From Ignavibacteriota bacterium (GTDB lineage: Bacteria; Bacteroidota; Ignavibacteria; Palsa-1295): a stretch of DNA of 64,000 nt. The notes under the pieces are model-generated. The model saw nothing but the letters and a program-made list of their open reading frames with translations, did not search any database and had not been told where the DNA came from. This document shows, piece by piece, positions 39,242-49,958 of the stretch (positions within the stretch are counted from its first letter, which is position 1; every line of letters begins with the position of its first letter). The DNA lies in contig CAWBEI010000002.1 in the NCBI GenBank assembly GCA_963787835.1, positions 928,001 through 992,000 on the forward strand, written 5' to 3'. Position numbers and translations under genes: made by a program.

Positions 39242-39802
39242 ATGAAAATACGAATTGCGTTGGTTTTTGCATTTTTGATAGTTCTCGCCACGGGTTGTAT
39301 GAAGAAAGGCGGCACAGCAGATAATGGTGGCGGGATGTCCACTGCCGACTCCATGAAGGCGGCATGGACTGCACTTTCCGCTGCTTTCGATGCAGCCAAA
39401 GTCGATGAATTCGACAAATACATCAGTTCGAATATGGTCGAGCATAATCCCATCCCTGGCCAGGAGCAGGGTCTTGCTGGCCTTAAAAAAATGGCTACCG
39501 AAATGAAGGCTGGAATGCCTGACCAGAAGACAACGATCGAAGCCATGTACGTCGATAGCAACATGCTTATTGCTCGTTCAAGCTTAACGGCGACCAACTC
39601 CGGCCCGATGATGGGAATGCCTCCGACAAATAAGAAAATGACCGGGGTTATGGGTATTGATATTGCACGCTGGGAGAACGGCAAATTCGTCGAGCATTGG
39701 GGTCTTTTCGACGTAGATGCGATGAAGATGCAGCTTGGCCTGATGCCTCCGCCTGGGGCCCACGCACCCGACGCTGGAAAGATGGACGACAAGAAGAAGT
39801 AA
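39242..39802 (+). CDS. SnoaL-like / ester cyclase family lipoprotein
   Basis: Lipobox ATGC; G.MMG.PPT.K, GKFVEHWG..D. Confidence 0.82.
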   Translation: MKIRIALVFAFLIVLATGCMKKGGTADNGGGMSTADSMKAAWTALSAAFDAAKVDEFDKYISSNMVEHNPIPGQEQGLAGLKKMATEMKAGMPDQKTTIEAMYVDSNMLIARSSLTATNSGPMMGMPPTNKKMTGVMGIDIARWENGKFVEHWGLFDVDAMKMQLGLMPPPGAHAPDAGKMDDKKK

Positions 39803-39826
39803 CCTTTTTTCCTTATTGAATTGCAG

Positions 39827-39856
39827 CAAAGCCCGCCACCTGGCGGGCTTTGTTTC
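39827..39856 (+). terminator. Rho-independent terminator
   Basis: CAAAGCCCGCCA-cc-TGGCGGGCTTTG followed by TTT. Confidence 0.8.
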
Positions 39857-39978
39857 TATGCTTCGCACATCGTTAATGCAAAGATATTGTGAACTTCGCA
39901 GGGAAAGTGGGGCTTTTTTCTGGGAGAGTTTCGTTTGTCACTCCCCGGTCAAGATTTTTGGTCACTTTTTAGCATAGA

Positions 39979-40830
39979 ATGCCGCTTTCCATCTCTGTAA
40001 TCGCAATTTTGCTTGGCATCGTCGAAGGACTTACGGAATTTCTTCCGATCTCCTCGACCGGCCATCTTATTGTGTTCGATCGCCTGCTTGGTTTTCAATC
40101 CATGCTGCAAAACCCCGATAAAGCAGAGCTCTTCGAGGTCGTAATTCAACTCGGAGCTATTCTCGCCATCGGAGCGATCTACCGGAAGAAGCTGATGGCA
40201 AGTATTCCGCCGTTGTCACCAAAGCTGTTCCAGCCCTTTCTTCAAACGAAGCGAGGTCAGCTGTTTATTAACCTCATCGTGGCATTTCTTCCCGCAGCGA
40301 TCATTGGGTTCCTGACGCATAATTTCATCACGAAATATCTCTTTGGGCCGCTCACCATTGGCATTACGCTCTTAGTCGGCGGGATCATTATCATCATCAT
40401 AGAACAAGTGACGAAAGATGAGAACAGGCACATCACGGTGGAGTCGATGACTTGGAAAGATGCGCTTGTGATAGGGTTTGCCCAAGTGCTTTCACTCATT
40501 CCGGGCACCTCACGCTCTGCAGCAACGATCATGGGTGGAATGTTGCATGGAGTAAAACGCGCTTCCGCGACAGAATTCTCATTTCTGCTGGCATTTCCTA
40601 CGATGCTTGCCGCTTCTGTGTATGAACTGGTGAAATATCATAAACTCCTCACGAGCGATATGTTGGGAATGATCTCTATAGGATTTATTACATCCTTCGT
40701 TGTGGCGTTAGTAGTCGTTGCATGGTTCATTCGTTACGTGCAACGCCATCCGTTCACTGGTTTTGGGGTCTATCGGATCCTTTTTGGCGCATTGGTGCTG
40801 GCGCTGTGGGCTGCGCGGTCGCTGGTATAA
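39979..40830 (+). CDS. uppP: Undecaprenyl-diphosphatase
   Basis: EGLTEFLPISSTGHL, IQLGAILA, PGTSRS, FSFLLA. Confidence 0.95.
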   Translation: MPLSISVIAILLGIVEGLTEFLPISSTGHLIVFDRLLGFQSMLQNPDKAELFEVVIQLGAILAIGAIYRKKLMASIPPLSPKLFQPFLQTKRGQLFINLIVAFLPAAIIGFLTHNFITKYLFGPLTIGITLLVGGIIIIIIEQVTKDENRHITVESMTWKDALVIGFAQVLSLIPGTSRSAATIMGGMLHGVKRASATEFSFLLAFPTMLAASVYELVKYHKLLTSDMLGMISIGFITSFVVALVVVAWFIRYVQRHPFTGFGVYRILFGALVLALWAARSLV

Positions 40831-40841
40831 AAATATCTTAC

Positions 40842-41396
40842 TTAGCGAGGATCGTACGTTTTCTGTTTTGCCGGTTGGTTGGTATTCTTAGGTTCTGGCA
40901 ATATTACTCCGTTCATCTTATCGGGCGATTGGAGGAGTACTCGATATCTTTGATGAACTGCCAAACCGATATGGCGATAGTTTTTTGATGGTGGATTCAG
41001 AAATTCGAATCGTTTGCCAGTTGATGTTTTCACATACCACTTGCCTGACGCGGTGCGATGGATACTGCCATCGATCAGCATCGGTGAAATAACGGGATCG
41101 GTAGGATAGCGCACTGAATCCAGGCGCTCCAGCACACGCACGATCTCCCCCATCATGCAGACCGAGGCCGCGCCTTTTGCCGGAATAGCACGCACCGCGA
41201 CATGCTTTCCCTCGACGTTCAAGGCATGGATGATCCCTGTATCGCCAATTAGCTCGAACCGTTTGCCCGCATCACCCTGCAAATACCAGCAGCCTCCTTC
41301 AAGAGTCGTGTGGTGCATTGTGCCGGAGAGGGTCATCTCCTGAGCAACCGTGGGTATGGAAAAAGATAGAAAAAGTGTGATAAGAAGTGATTTCAT
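40842..41396 (-). CDS. Secreted hypothetical protein
   Basis: Signal peptide ..VAQ; EGGCW and SVCM motifs; apparent two-fold internal similarity. Confidence 0.7.
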   Translation of the reverse strand: MKSLLITLFLSFSIPTVAQEMTLSGTMHHTTLEGGCWYLQGDAGKRFELIGDTGIIHALNVEGKHVAVRAIPAKGAASVCMMGEIVRVLERLDSVRYPTDPVISPMLIDGSIHRTASGKWYVKTSTGKRFEFLNPPSKNYRHIGLAVHQRYRVLLQSPDKMNGVILPEPKNTNQPAKQKTYDPR

Positions 41397-41520
41397 AGAA
41401 TATCAATACGTTCTTTTGAATGAGAAAGTAACAGCGAATCCATTCCTATAGTATCTGAACTTCCATATCGAAAATTTTGTAAATCAATGCAGACGGATCA
41501 TCTATCATCGGAAGTCCCCT

Positions 41521-43146
41521 ATGTCATACGAAAAATTCTTAGCTGAACTACCACCCCTCGAAGACTGGGGCGAGCGTGTTTATACGCGCCCGGAGTTCGA
41601 TTATCCAGAGGAGCTAAATGCTGCCGCTGAACTGCTCGACCGCAATATCGCCGAAGGTCGCGGCAGCAGGCCGGCGATCTTTTATAAAGATCAGTTGATT
41701 ACCTACGACGAGTTACTTGCCACCGTAAATAAAATGGGTAATGCGCTGAAGAAGCTTGGGATTCAACCCGGCGACCGGGTCCTCATGCGGTTCCCTAATA
41801 ACCCCACGGCCGTCGCAGCGTGGCTGGCGTGCCTGAAGATCGGCGGGGTAGCAGTGATGATCATGACCATGCTGCGAAGCCGAGAGATAAGTTACCGCGC
41901 GAATGACGCTGGATGCAAGCTGGTACTTTGCGACATCGGATCGATCGAGGAAGTGCAAAAAGCTGAGCCGGCGATGGATACCGTGGAGAAAATTCTCGTC
42001 ACCGACGGTACCCACGCTACTTACGATTCTTTTGAATCCTATTGGCAGAACGAATCTCCCTTGCTGGAACCCGCAAAGCTTTCCCGGCACGATCTCTCTC
42101 TTATCGGCTACACATCCGGCTCGACCGGCGATGCAAAAGGAACGGTGCATTTCCAGGATGATGTCCTCGCTATCGCCGATGGCTATGCGAGAAACATCCT
42201 TTCGCCAACAGAGAACGATATTTTTACCGGCCATCCTGCGCTTGCATTTACGTTTGGTCTGGGAGGCTTGCTCGTATTCCCGTTTCGGTTTGGCGCAAGC
42301 GTAGCGTTGCTCGACCAGTTCACGCCGGAGAATATGCTGAAAACCATCGCTAATTACAAAGCGACGATCTCCTTCTGTGCACCAACCTGCTACAACATGA
42401 TGATGCGGCTGGACGAAAATGGCCAATACGATCTTTCCAACTTGCGGCTTGGCGTGAGCGCCGGCGAAACACTTCCAAAACCGATCTATGAGAAGTGGCG
42501 TGCGAAATATGGTGTGGATCTATTAGATGGCATTGGCTCGACAGAGATGCTGCACATCTTTGTAACAAACCGCCCCGGCGATGTTCGCGGCGGTGCAACC
42601 GGAAAACCGGTTCCCGGCTATGAAGCAAAGATCGTGGATGAACACGGGCAATCGTTGCCAGCAAATACTCCCGGACTCATCGCCATCAAGGGGCCGACGG
42701 GTTGCCGCTACTGGAAAAAGCCCGAGCGCCAAAAAGGATATGTTGTCAATGGCTGGAATATTCCGGGCGACGTCTTCATGATGGACGACGATGGATATTT
42801 CTATTACCAGTGCCGCAATGATGACCTTATCATCACCGGGGGATATAATGTTTCTCCGCCAGAACTGGAATCGGTCATTAATGAACATGCTGCTGTGAAA
42901 GAATCCGCTGTGGTTCCCAAGCCGGATGAACTGCGTGGGTCCATTGTAAAAGCGTATGTTGTGCTCAAACCCGGCGAGCAGGGAAGTGCAGAATTAGCAA
43001 AAGATATTCAGGATTTTGTAAAGCGTGAACTCGCACCGTATAAATATCCGCGAGAGATCGAGTTCATCGAGGCGCTGCCGCGTACCGATACCGGTAAAGT
43101 TCAGCGATATGTGCTGCGGGATCGGGCGAAGTCGGAGACGGTCTGA
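41521..43146 (+). CDS. Benzoate/2-aminobenzoate-CoA ligase family acyl-CoA synthetase
   Basis: YTSGSTG..KG, FTFGLGG, SAGE, DGIGSTEMLHIF, TGKVQR. Confidence 0.85.
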   Translation: MSYEKFLAELPPLEDWGERVYTRPEFDYPEELNAAAELLDRNIAEGRGSRPAIFYKDQLITYDELLATVNKMGNALKKLGIQPGDRVLMRFPNNPTAVAAWLACLKIGGVAVMIMTMLRSREISYRANDAGCKLVLCDIGSIEEVQKAEPAMDTVEKILVTDGTHATYDSFESYWQNESPLLEPAKLSRHDLSLIGYTSGSTGDAKGTVHFQDDVLAIADGYARNILSPTENDIFTGHPALAFTFGLGGLLVFPFRFGASVALLDQFTPENMLKTIANYKATISFCAPTCYNMMMRLDENGQYDLSNLRLGVSAGETLPKPIYEKWRAKYGVDLLDGIGSTEMLHIFVTNRPGDVRGGATGKPVPGYEAKIVDEHGQSLPANTPGLIAIKGPTGCRYWKKPERQKGYVVNGWNIPGDVFMMDDDGYFYYQCRNDDLIITGGYNVSPPELESVINEHAAVKESAVVPKPDELRGSIVKAYVVLKPGEQGSAELAKDIQDFVKRELAPYKYPREIEFIEALPRTDTGKVQRYVLRDRAKSETV

Positions 43147-43147
43147 A

Positions 43148-46100
43148 TCATTGTTGAGAGAGCAGTATCACCTTCGCAGTTAAAGCACCCTGCGGCGTCT
43201 GAATGCGAAGATACAGCACACCTTCTTGAGAACTTTTCATTTCACTATTCAGATCGAGATCGAACGTCTCTTTACCACTTGTTCCCATAGGAAAAACGAT
43301 CTCCTGCTCGCCTAGCCTCTCGCCTAATGCATTATAGATCTCGAGCACATCATCGTTAGAATAATTTGCGGGCACATCGAATGTCATTTGAACAAGCCCG
43401 GTCGTTGGATTGGGCGAAATGCCATCGAGCGTAAGTATTGAAGACCCGAGCACTTGCTCTATTGTCGTGTCCCCGCATGCCTGATTCAGAATAAAGGTTG
43501 CTGTGGTATCCGGAACTGTTTCAGACGCGAGACACTGTTCGGAACCGCTTGCATCCTGGAATTGCACACCATGCAGCGTGATGCCAGTCGAAGTGACGCT
43601 TGTAACAAACGCCTCGCATACTAACTCGAATAGTTCACCAGAGGGCAGAATAGCCTCGGAACCACGCTGGAGATGAATGTTGACCGTATCGAGATGCGAT
43701 CTATTCGTTGCTCGAGAGATTTTCAATGTTTGTCCGGCAGCGCTTCCGAAAAATCCATGCGGGCTTGCGTTCAGCGGCAACGGTGATAATAGATCGGTGT
43801 TAAAAAGCAGAGTAAGATCGAATGTGCTCAAGTTCGTAGTGCTTCCTTGTTTTGCGATCACCGGAATTGTGACAAATTGACCGGCCCCGGCGCTTAAATT
43901 CGTTACGTTGAGCGCAACCTGGATCGGCGGAACGCCAATTCCGATCCCTGCGAGCGTGATCGTTGTATCGCGAACCGTTCCGTCGGCTTCTCGAATTACG
44001 ATCGATAGCTGAGCGGTTCGCGTCAGGGAATCTTCGGGTGTGAAAACTCCGCTGAAGGATCTTTGCCCTGCGGTACCCAAAGAGATCGGCAATGAATCGG
44101 CAAGTGAAAAATCTCCGGCATTCGCTCCGCCAAGTGTTATGGAATCGATCAGGATTGAGTTGCAAAGGCCATTGGAAATGGAAAACGAAAATGGTTGTGT
44201 CTGACAGGTATATGCATGAATATTTGGCGTTACGCCAAACGTAACGGTTCCTTCGCCTGAAATAACATTGATGGAAACAGGCACCGTATCCGTTCCCGCG
44301 CTTGTGGTGAATATTAGATCGACGGATTTCCGGCCCATCGCGTTGTTGGGATGATACGCGACGATAATGGTATCCGATCCGGAGGGCGGAAGCGATGGAT
44401 TAGGCGCGCGCACCAGCGAAAAACCGGTCGGATCGCTCACGCTCGAAGAATCGAATGCGGCACTAAGCGAAACGCCCTCACAGCCAGAACTAAAAACGAT
44501 GAGCGTATCGATCGCATAGGAACAGATCGGTACGGAACCCATCGGAAGGGAATCCTTCGATACACCGAAATGTGCACTCCCGGCAATACCCGTTCCGATC
44601 ACCGTGATGGTAGTATCGTACCGTCCGGTTCCGGCATACGAGACCACGAGATGGATCGAACCTGTAATGTTGCCGATCGTATTGGGAACGAACGAAAAGT
44701 TCAGAACAGTATCTTCATTTGACCGAATAGAATCTGTTAGAAGTGTCCTGTAATAAAATGGTGGATCCGTAATTATGGAATCGACTCTGAATGCTTTGCA
44801 GGCAATGTTCTTCAAGTTGAGAGTAAAAGTAGCGGAGTCGCATTCTGACGAGCGTATCGTATCGCTCAAATCAAGAGATAAGGCCTCACCAGAAGAATAT
44901 CCCGTTCCTGATAGAATAATAGAATCCAATCCTACGGAACTTGTGACATAGAGAACGCCTCTGTGGCTCCCGATAGAATCAGGCGTAAAGTGAAGAAGGA
45001 ATGTCCGCGAATTTCCAACACTTAGTACAAAAGGCCGGAAGTTGGACGATAATGAGAATAATGGACTATGGGTAGCAATGGAATCCACCGAAATATCGCC
45101 ACACCCGAAATTATTCAAGGTCACACGCTGATAGGCGTCCGAGCAAATACTGACAGAATCGAAATCGACGGTATCGCGGCCAGAAGTTCCAGAAAAGAGC
45201 AGCACATTTTTTGGCGAGGCCGTCCCGACAAGAGGGAGCACGATGATCGTATCTTCGGTATATCCATCCGGCTGGCGAATCGTGAGCAAGATACGGGCAT
45301 TCCAGACTTCCTTCTGCACGGGCCGGTAGACGATCGTCAGCTTGCCATTTCGTGTTGAAGAGAAATACCGGTAATTATTGTCATACCCGGGCGCGCTTAG
45401 CTCATGCAACGAATCGTTGAGGAATTGCACGGCAGCGATCTGAACGGAATCACAACTGTGATATTCCAGAAGGATGGGAATGATAACACTATCGCAAAGC
45501 GTGCTTTGTATGGTATCCCCGGCTGGAACTAGGGTGACAGCAGAAAGCACGGATGCCGAGAGCGTTCCATCCCCTCCATCCGTTGTGCGCCACACTCCGC
45601 CGGTATCGTCGAAGGCGATGACCACAGCGCCGCGTCCCGTGACGGCGAAGCGCTTGTCATTGATGTTATTCGGTCCACCAATAAATTTCCAGCTTATTCC
45701 GGCGTCCATAGTACGAATGATCCCATCGGGCGCAACACTCGCCGGTTCCCGGCCCTGCACATAAATAACCGATTGGCAGATATGGGAGCCTGCGATACCT
45801 CCGGTTATCCCCGAATCCCCATAATTCTTTATTTTGGATTCTGCCCAGGAACCAACCGGAACCCTAACGATCGTTGTTTGAGTCGTAAGAGTAAGCTGAT
45901 CGCTCTCACTTGCAAGAAAGAACGTCCTCGAAATGGGATCTGCGTAAGGGGTCCAGGCTTCGGATGAGGTTGTGATAGACTGCCAGGTTCTGCCGCCATT
46001 CGTCGTGTAAAGATGTGGGGAACTTGCGGCTTGCGAGGTCACAAAACCGGTAGAATCGTCCATGAAATCGATGCCAAGCGCGGTGACGGTCGAAGCAACG

Positions 46101-46594
46101 TGCGTCCAGGTTTTGCCGGTATCGCTCGAAAACATTACACCGGGATCAATATCTCGATCCGTATAGAATACCCCCCGGCTCGTCTCGCGGATTCCAGCAG
46201 GAAATCCGGCCTGCTTCACACGCACCCAGGATTGCCCTCCATCGGTGGAACGATAAACGCCACTCCAACCCGTTTCGGAAGCTTCTCGAATCGTTGCCCA
46301 GCCATGCTCGCGGTCCCGAAAATAAATATCGGTGACTTGCCCTTTAATATTCGGGTTTGCAAATTGGGCTATTTCCCACGTAGTGCCGCCATCATTCGTG
46401 TAATAGATGCGCGCCGGAATGCTGCTCAAATAATGTCCCGTTCCGATCAAGCCCTCATTTGCATTAAAGAAAAATGCGGATGCACCGTAGGTGCCTTCGA
46501 GTTGCAGCACTTTCTGCCAATCCTGCGCATGCGCTGCCGAACGCCCCCAAAGAACGTTACCAAACAGAATGATAGTGCATATCAGCCGTTTCAT
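43148..46594 (-). CDS. T9SS-secreted protein: BNR/YCF48-like propeller + Ig-like repeats + CTD
   Basis: T.DGG.TW Asp-boxes, repeated F..V.IC...N.GC Ig modules, SPNPT...YNALGE...GVLYLRI; ATG overlaps upstream stop. Confidence 0.82.
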   Translation of the reverse strand: MKRLICTIILFGNVLWGRSAAHAQDWQKVLQLEGTYGASAFFFNANEGLIGTGHYLSSIPARIYYTNDGGTTWEIAQFANPNIKGQVTDIYFRDREHGWATIREASETGWSGVYRSTDGGQSWVRVKQAGFPAGIRETSRGVFYTDRDIDPGVMFSSDTGKTWTHVASTVTALGIDFMDDSTGFVTSQAASSPHLYTTNGGRTWQSITTSSEAWTPYADPISRTFFLASESDQLTLTTQTTIVRVPVGSWAESKIKNYGDSGITGGIAGSHICQSVIYVQGREPASVAPDGIIRTMDAGISWKFIGGPNNINDKRFAVTGRGAVVIAFDDTGGVWRTTDGGDGTLSASVLSAVTLVPAGDTIQSTLCDSVIIPILLEYHSCDSVQIAAVQFLNDSLHELSAPGYDNNYRYFSSTRNGKLTIVYRPVQKEVWNARILLTIRQPDGYTEDTIIVLPLVGTASPKNVLLFSGTSGRDTVDFDSVSICSDAYQRVTLNNFGCGDISVDSIATHSPLFSLSSNFRPFVLSVGNSRTFLLHFTPDSIGSHRGVLYVTSSVGLDSIILSGTGYSSGEALSLDLSDTIRSSECDSATFTLNLKNIACKAFRVDSIITDPPFYYRTLLTDSIRSNEDTVLNFSFVPNTIGNITGSIHLVVSYAGTGRYDTTITVIGTGIAGSAHFGVSKDSLPMGSVPICSYAIDTLIVFSSGCEGVSLSAAFDSSSVSDPTGFSLVRAPNPSLPPSGSDTIIVAYHPNNAMGRKSVDLIFTTSAGTDTVPVSINVISGEGTVTFGVTPNIHAYTCQTQPFSFSISNGLCNSILIDSITLGGANAGDFSLADSLPISLGTAGQRSFSGVFTPEDSLTRTAQLSIVIREADGTVRDTTITLAGIGIGVPPIQVALNVTNLSAGAGQFVTIPVIAKQGSTTNLSTFDLTLLFNTDLLSPLPLNASPHGFFGSAAGQTLKISRATNRSHLDTVNIHLQRGSEAILPSGELFELVCEAFVTSVTSTGITLHGVQFQDASGSEQCLASETVPDTTATFILNQACGDTTIEQVLGSSILTLDGISPNPTTGLVQMTFDVPANYSNDDVLEIYNALGERLGEQEIVFPMGTSGKETFDLDLNSEMKSSQEGVLYLRIQTPQGALTAKVILLSQQ

Positions 46595-48462
46595 TTCCTT
46601 GAGATCAGGATACGAACGCTGGATGGTTGCGTAGCACCCTCGGGGCTGCACCTCAACATATAAATTCCTTCCGGTAATGGAGATAGCGAGATCGAATGGC
46701 CCTGAATGATCCCGCTTTGAACGTTCCTCCCGAGAACATCTGTCATAGCATACGGCGCGCCATCATCAACACCGAGAACATTAATATAAGATGTCGCCGG
46801 ATCAGGGAAAACGCTAATCTTGTCTGGCTGCTGATCCGAAACAGCAGCTACGCTCTCGCCGCTTCCTTCTAATTCGATGAACGTATGCCCTGCGCTCGAA
46901 CCAAGTTCCAATGCCTCAAGAGCGGGACCGGCTGTGACAGGAGAAAAAGTTACTCCGATGTTCGTAGTGGCTCCGCGTTTTACGTACAATGGAAAAGGGA
47001 GCTGCGACAACGAAAAGACCGATGGATTACTCGAAACAACGGAGTCAATGATAAGCGTCGCGCAGCCGGGATTTGTGATCGCAAGTGTGCGGCGCTCGGA
47101 AGTAAATAGTGGGATCTCGCCAAAGGAAAGACTATCGGGAACTTCCAGCAAAGCGGGCATGGTAGCAGAGAATGCCGTGACGGGAAAATCGATATGTTCT
47201 TCAAATCCCCATTCTAAGCTATGAAATAACAGCCGGAGAACAATGGAGTCCTCTCCAGGACTTTTTCCAGAATATGTAAGTGAAAATGTAGTGCCATTCC
47301 CAAACAAAACGACTGGGCGAACGCTGTTCGAAATATTGCCGGAGGAATGTACAACCGTGATAGCATCGATCTGAACTCCCGTGCAGACCGAGGATGCGAC
47401 AGAAACCTTAAAGGGTACGGAACTCACCGCGCAAAGCGTATCCGATATCGTATCGACAGATATCGCAAGCGCCGAATAGACCGAGTCAGAAATAAGGCCA
47501 TCGACACCATCATAGCTGCTGACAATGTCAAATTCTTTGGTTGGGTCCAGCAATCCCCAAAAGACGGTCGAGCCCCGGTCGAAGACCCACCCTTTTGTGG
47601 CAGGTCCCTCCCATATAATAAACGGGGTTGGCCCAACGCCTTCAAAGGTGTTACCTCCATCCTGACTTCGGAGAATATCTGTGTTCGTTCCATAGATCAC
47701 GCTGTTCGCGAAGTAGAACGTTCCCGAGCAATCGTTCGCGCCATAGACCTGACCGGTGAAACTATAGATCCCGAACTCCGGCGGTGGAACAACCGCGCTC
47801 CACGTCACACCGCTATCGCCGCTAACACGAAGGGTGTCGCCACCGATAAAGACCAGGCCGTGTGCCCTGTCTGCAAAGACGCTCGCAGCGTTTCCCACTC
47901 CGCTCAGGACGAGGTTCCAGTCCGCGCCACCATCTGTTGAAAGATAGACACTGGATTGCTGAGGATCGTCATTAAAAATGGAAACGGCAATAAGCCGCGA
48001 TTCGGAGAGATAGTCGATCGCCGTTACCGAATCCCATTGGCGAATCCCTTGAACGGCCGTGAGCATCGTGTCCCCAACGGTGGTATAAAGATAGCCGTTG
48101 GAATACACAAAAAGCGTGCTGGGTGTTGCCCGCACAAGCGTGAGGGAAGGCTGCCCGAGAATCGTTTTCCAGGCGTACCATTGTTCGGTTCCCAGATACA
48201 GGCTATCGCCATCCGTAGCCCACGCTCGGTTGGAATCCTGAATGGCGATCTGCGTAACATGCCTACGGAAAACAACGGAAAACGAATTATCGACAACCCG
48301 CTCGACCGGCCCGGCGGAATCGCTGTACGCTACTAATCCAACATGCGCATTCAGGAAATCTGCGGCGCTATAAGAACCAAAATTTTGCCACGACGCGCGC
48401 GCGCTTGAACCCGCAACCAGCAAGGGAATAAGCAGACAAAAGATGAATATGCGGGGATGCAT
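46591..48462 (-). CDS. T9SS-secreted protein: propeller + Ig-like + CTD
   Basis: STDGGADW, SGDSGVTW, VFPDPA...DVLGR...GIYMLR. Confidence 0.8.
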   Translation of the reverse strand: MHPRIFIFCLLIPLLVAGSSARASWQNFGSYSAADFLNAHVGLVAYSDSAGPVERVVDNSFSVVFRRHVTQIAIQDSNRAWATDGDSLYLGTEQWYAWKTILGQPSLTLVRATPSTLFVYSNGYLYTTVGDTMLTAVQGIRQWDSVTAIDYLSESRLIAVSIFNDDPQQSSVYLSTDGGADWNLVLSGVGNAASVFADRAHGLVFIGGDTLRVSGDSGVTWSAVVPPPEFGIYSFTGQVYGANDCSGTFYFANSVIYGTNTDILRSQDGGNTFEGVGPTPFIIWEGPATKGWVFDRGSTVFWGLLDPTKEFDIVSSYDGVDGLISDSVYSALAISVDTISDTLCAVSSVPFKVSVASSVCTGVQIDAITVVHSSGNISNSVRPVVLFGNGTTFSLTYSGKSPGEDSIVLRLLFHSLEWGFEEHIDFPVTAFSATMPALLEVPDSLSFGEIPLFTSERRTLAITNPGCATLIIDSVVSSNPSVFSLSQLPFPLYVKRGATTNIGVTFSPVTAGPALEALELGSSAGHTFIELEGSGESVAAVSDQQPDKISVFPDPATSYINVLGVDDGAPYAMTDVLGRNVQSGIIQGHSISLSPLPEGIYMLRCSPEGATQPSSVRILISRK

Positions 48463-48514
48463 GGCAAAATGGTAACGCACGGTTAGTCAAAGACAGTTCG
48501 GAGGGGAAATCAGC

Positions 48515-48591
48515 GTAGCCGTGACCTTTAGGTCACGGTGTGATTGCCGAGATAGATCGCTCCGACACCGTGACCTAAAGGTCACGGCTAC
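48515..48591. repeat. GTAG-type REP doublet (REPIN), copy A
   Basis: GTAG-CCGTGAC.N6.GTCACGG ... CCGTGAC.N6.GTCACGG-CTAC, 77 bp. Confidence 0.85.
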
Positions 48592-48641
48592 GGGGTTTCA
48601 ATGTACCATAACTGGCTTTTGCGCGCAACGCAGAATTTGTT

Positions 48642-49739
48642 CTACCGCTGGCCTACAACAATCCAACTTGTGCTGCCTTTTATTCCTACAGCGCAAACAG
48701 TATTCCCTTTCATCGAAAAAGCATTTGTTACATAATCGAGGGCTCCACCATTGTAAAGAGTATCGTATCTATGCCAGGACAGACCATTCCAGTGAGAAAT
48801 AAAGCCGCCATCTCCGGCGACCATGAAATCGTTAGCAGAATTTCCGTTGATACCGAATATTCCAATATACTCACCACCACCAACACTGTTGGTGACTTGT
48901 CCACTATCGCTTTCCCAAGCACCGTTATCTTTAGAATGCCAGACATGAGAACCACCGATATACACAATCTTATGGCTCGCGCTATCGATTTCCCACACAC
49001 TCCCTACACCATCAACACCCGGGCCAATATTACCTATGTTCTGAAGGTTAATCTCAGACCATGCGTTTCCATTGTAGTGGAGCAATTCCGACACTGCTGT
49101 TTGTGGGTTAAAACCATCCGCCCAAATGTCATTATCACTCGTTCCCCAAATAGAGCCAAGAGAATTAGTGGTTGGCGTTGACATCCTCGTCCAGTTTGTT
49201 CCATCGAAATGGAGGATAGTGCCGGAGTCGCCTACAAAATACATGTCAGAGGAGGAGGTTCCCCAAGCAGAATGAAGCCATTTCGGATACCCAGAAACAA
49301 TATTTTCCTCTCTGTAGGTTGGTGCAATCCCGTTGCCAGTGTAATGAAAGATAATACTCGCATCAGTGAGCCAGTAGTCACTTGTATCGAACCCAAAAAT
49401 CGAAAAACCGCTAAGACTACCATTAATGTTTTTTTCGATTGTTGGGTCTGGCGAATATAGGTTAAGTCTCTGCCATGTCGAGCCATTCCATTCATACATG
49501 TAGCTATTGTTAGCAAGGATACAATTCGGTCCAAAGACCCAGCAGCCCGTCATGTTGTTTTCATTCCCGACATTGAGATATTGCGTCCAAATGAAGTTGT
49601 GGCTGGTTGTGTCAATTGAGGTATTATTACATGTATCGCATTCGGTGGGATCAGCCGAGCTTGGGTGCTTGCAGGAATAAAAAACTCCCACAACCAAACA
49701 TAAAGGAACCAGGGCCGCGTGCGTTATTAACCAGCGCAT
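48642..49739 (-). CDS. Beta-propeller-like lipoprotein (DTTSHNF family)
   Basis: Lipobox FYSC; DTTSHNF.W; repeated WGTS..D..VG..G.I.H.DG..W. Confidence 0.75.
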   Translation of the reverse strand: MRWLITHAALVPLCLVVGVFYSCKHPSSADPTECDTCNNTSIDTTSHNFIWTQYLNVGNENNMTGCWVFGPNCILANNSYMYEWNGSTWQRLNLYSPDPTIEKNINGSLSGFSIFGFDTSDYWLTDASIIFHYTGNGIAPTYREENIVSGYPKWLHSAWGTSSSDMYFVGDSGTILHFDGTNWTRMSTPTTNSLGSIWGTSDNDIWADGFNPQTAVSELLHYNGNAWSEINLQNIGNIGPGVDGVGSVWEIDSASHKIVYIGGSHVWHSKDNGAWESDSGQVTNSVGGGEYIGIFGINGNSANDFMVAGDGGFISHWNGLSWHRYDTLYNGGALDYVTNAFSMKGNTVCAVGIKGSTSWIVVGQR

Positions 49740-49782
49740 GATGTTTTGTAACGTGTGGGATGCAGGAGACAGTTCGGGCAGT

Positions 49783-49859
49783 GTAGCCGTGACCTTCAGG
49801 TCACGGTGTGATTGCCGAGATAGATCGCTTCGACACCGTGACCTGAAGGTCACGGCTAC
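49783..49859. repeat. GTAG-type REP doublet (REPIN), copy B
   Basis: 74/77 identical to copy A. Confidence 0.85.
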
Positions 49860-49958
49860 AAACTCCCATGCATATTGGGTCTTTTGGCATAGGCACCAAC
49901 TTCCAAAAGAATTTTCCATTATTTTCAGAAATCGCTTGACTTATGGAAATTCCATGCG

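Noticed and set aside
48515-49859. CRISPR array from CCGTGAC...GTCACGG repeats
   Set aside because: Units are inverted doublets with near-identical spacers and there are no cas genes; fits REP/REPIN.
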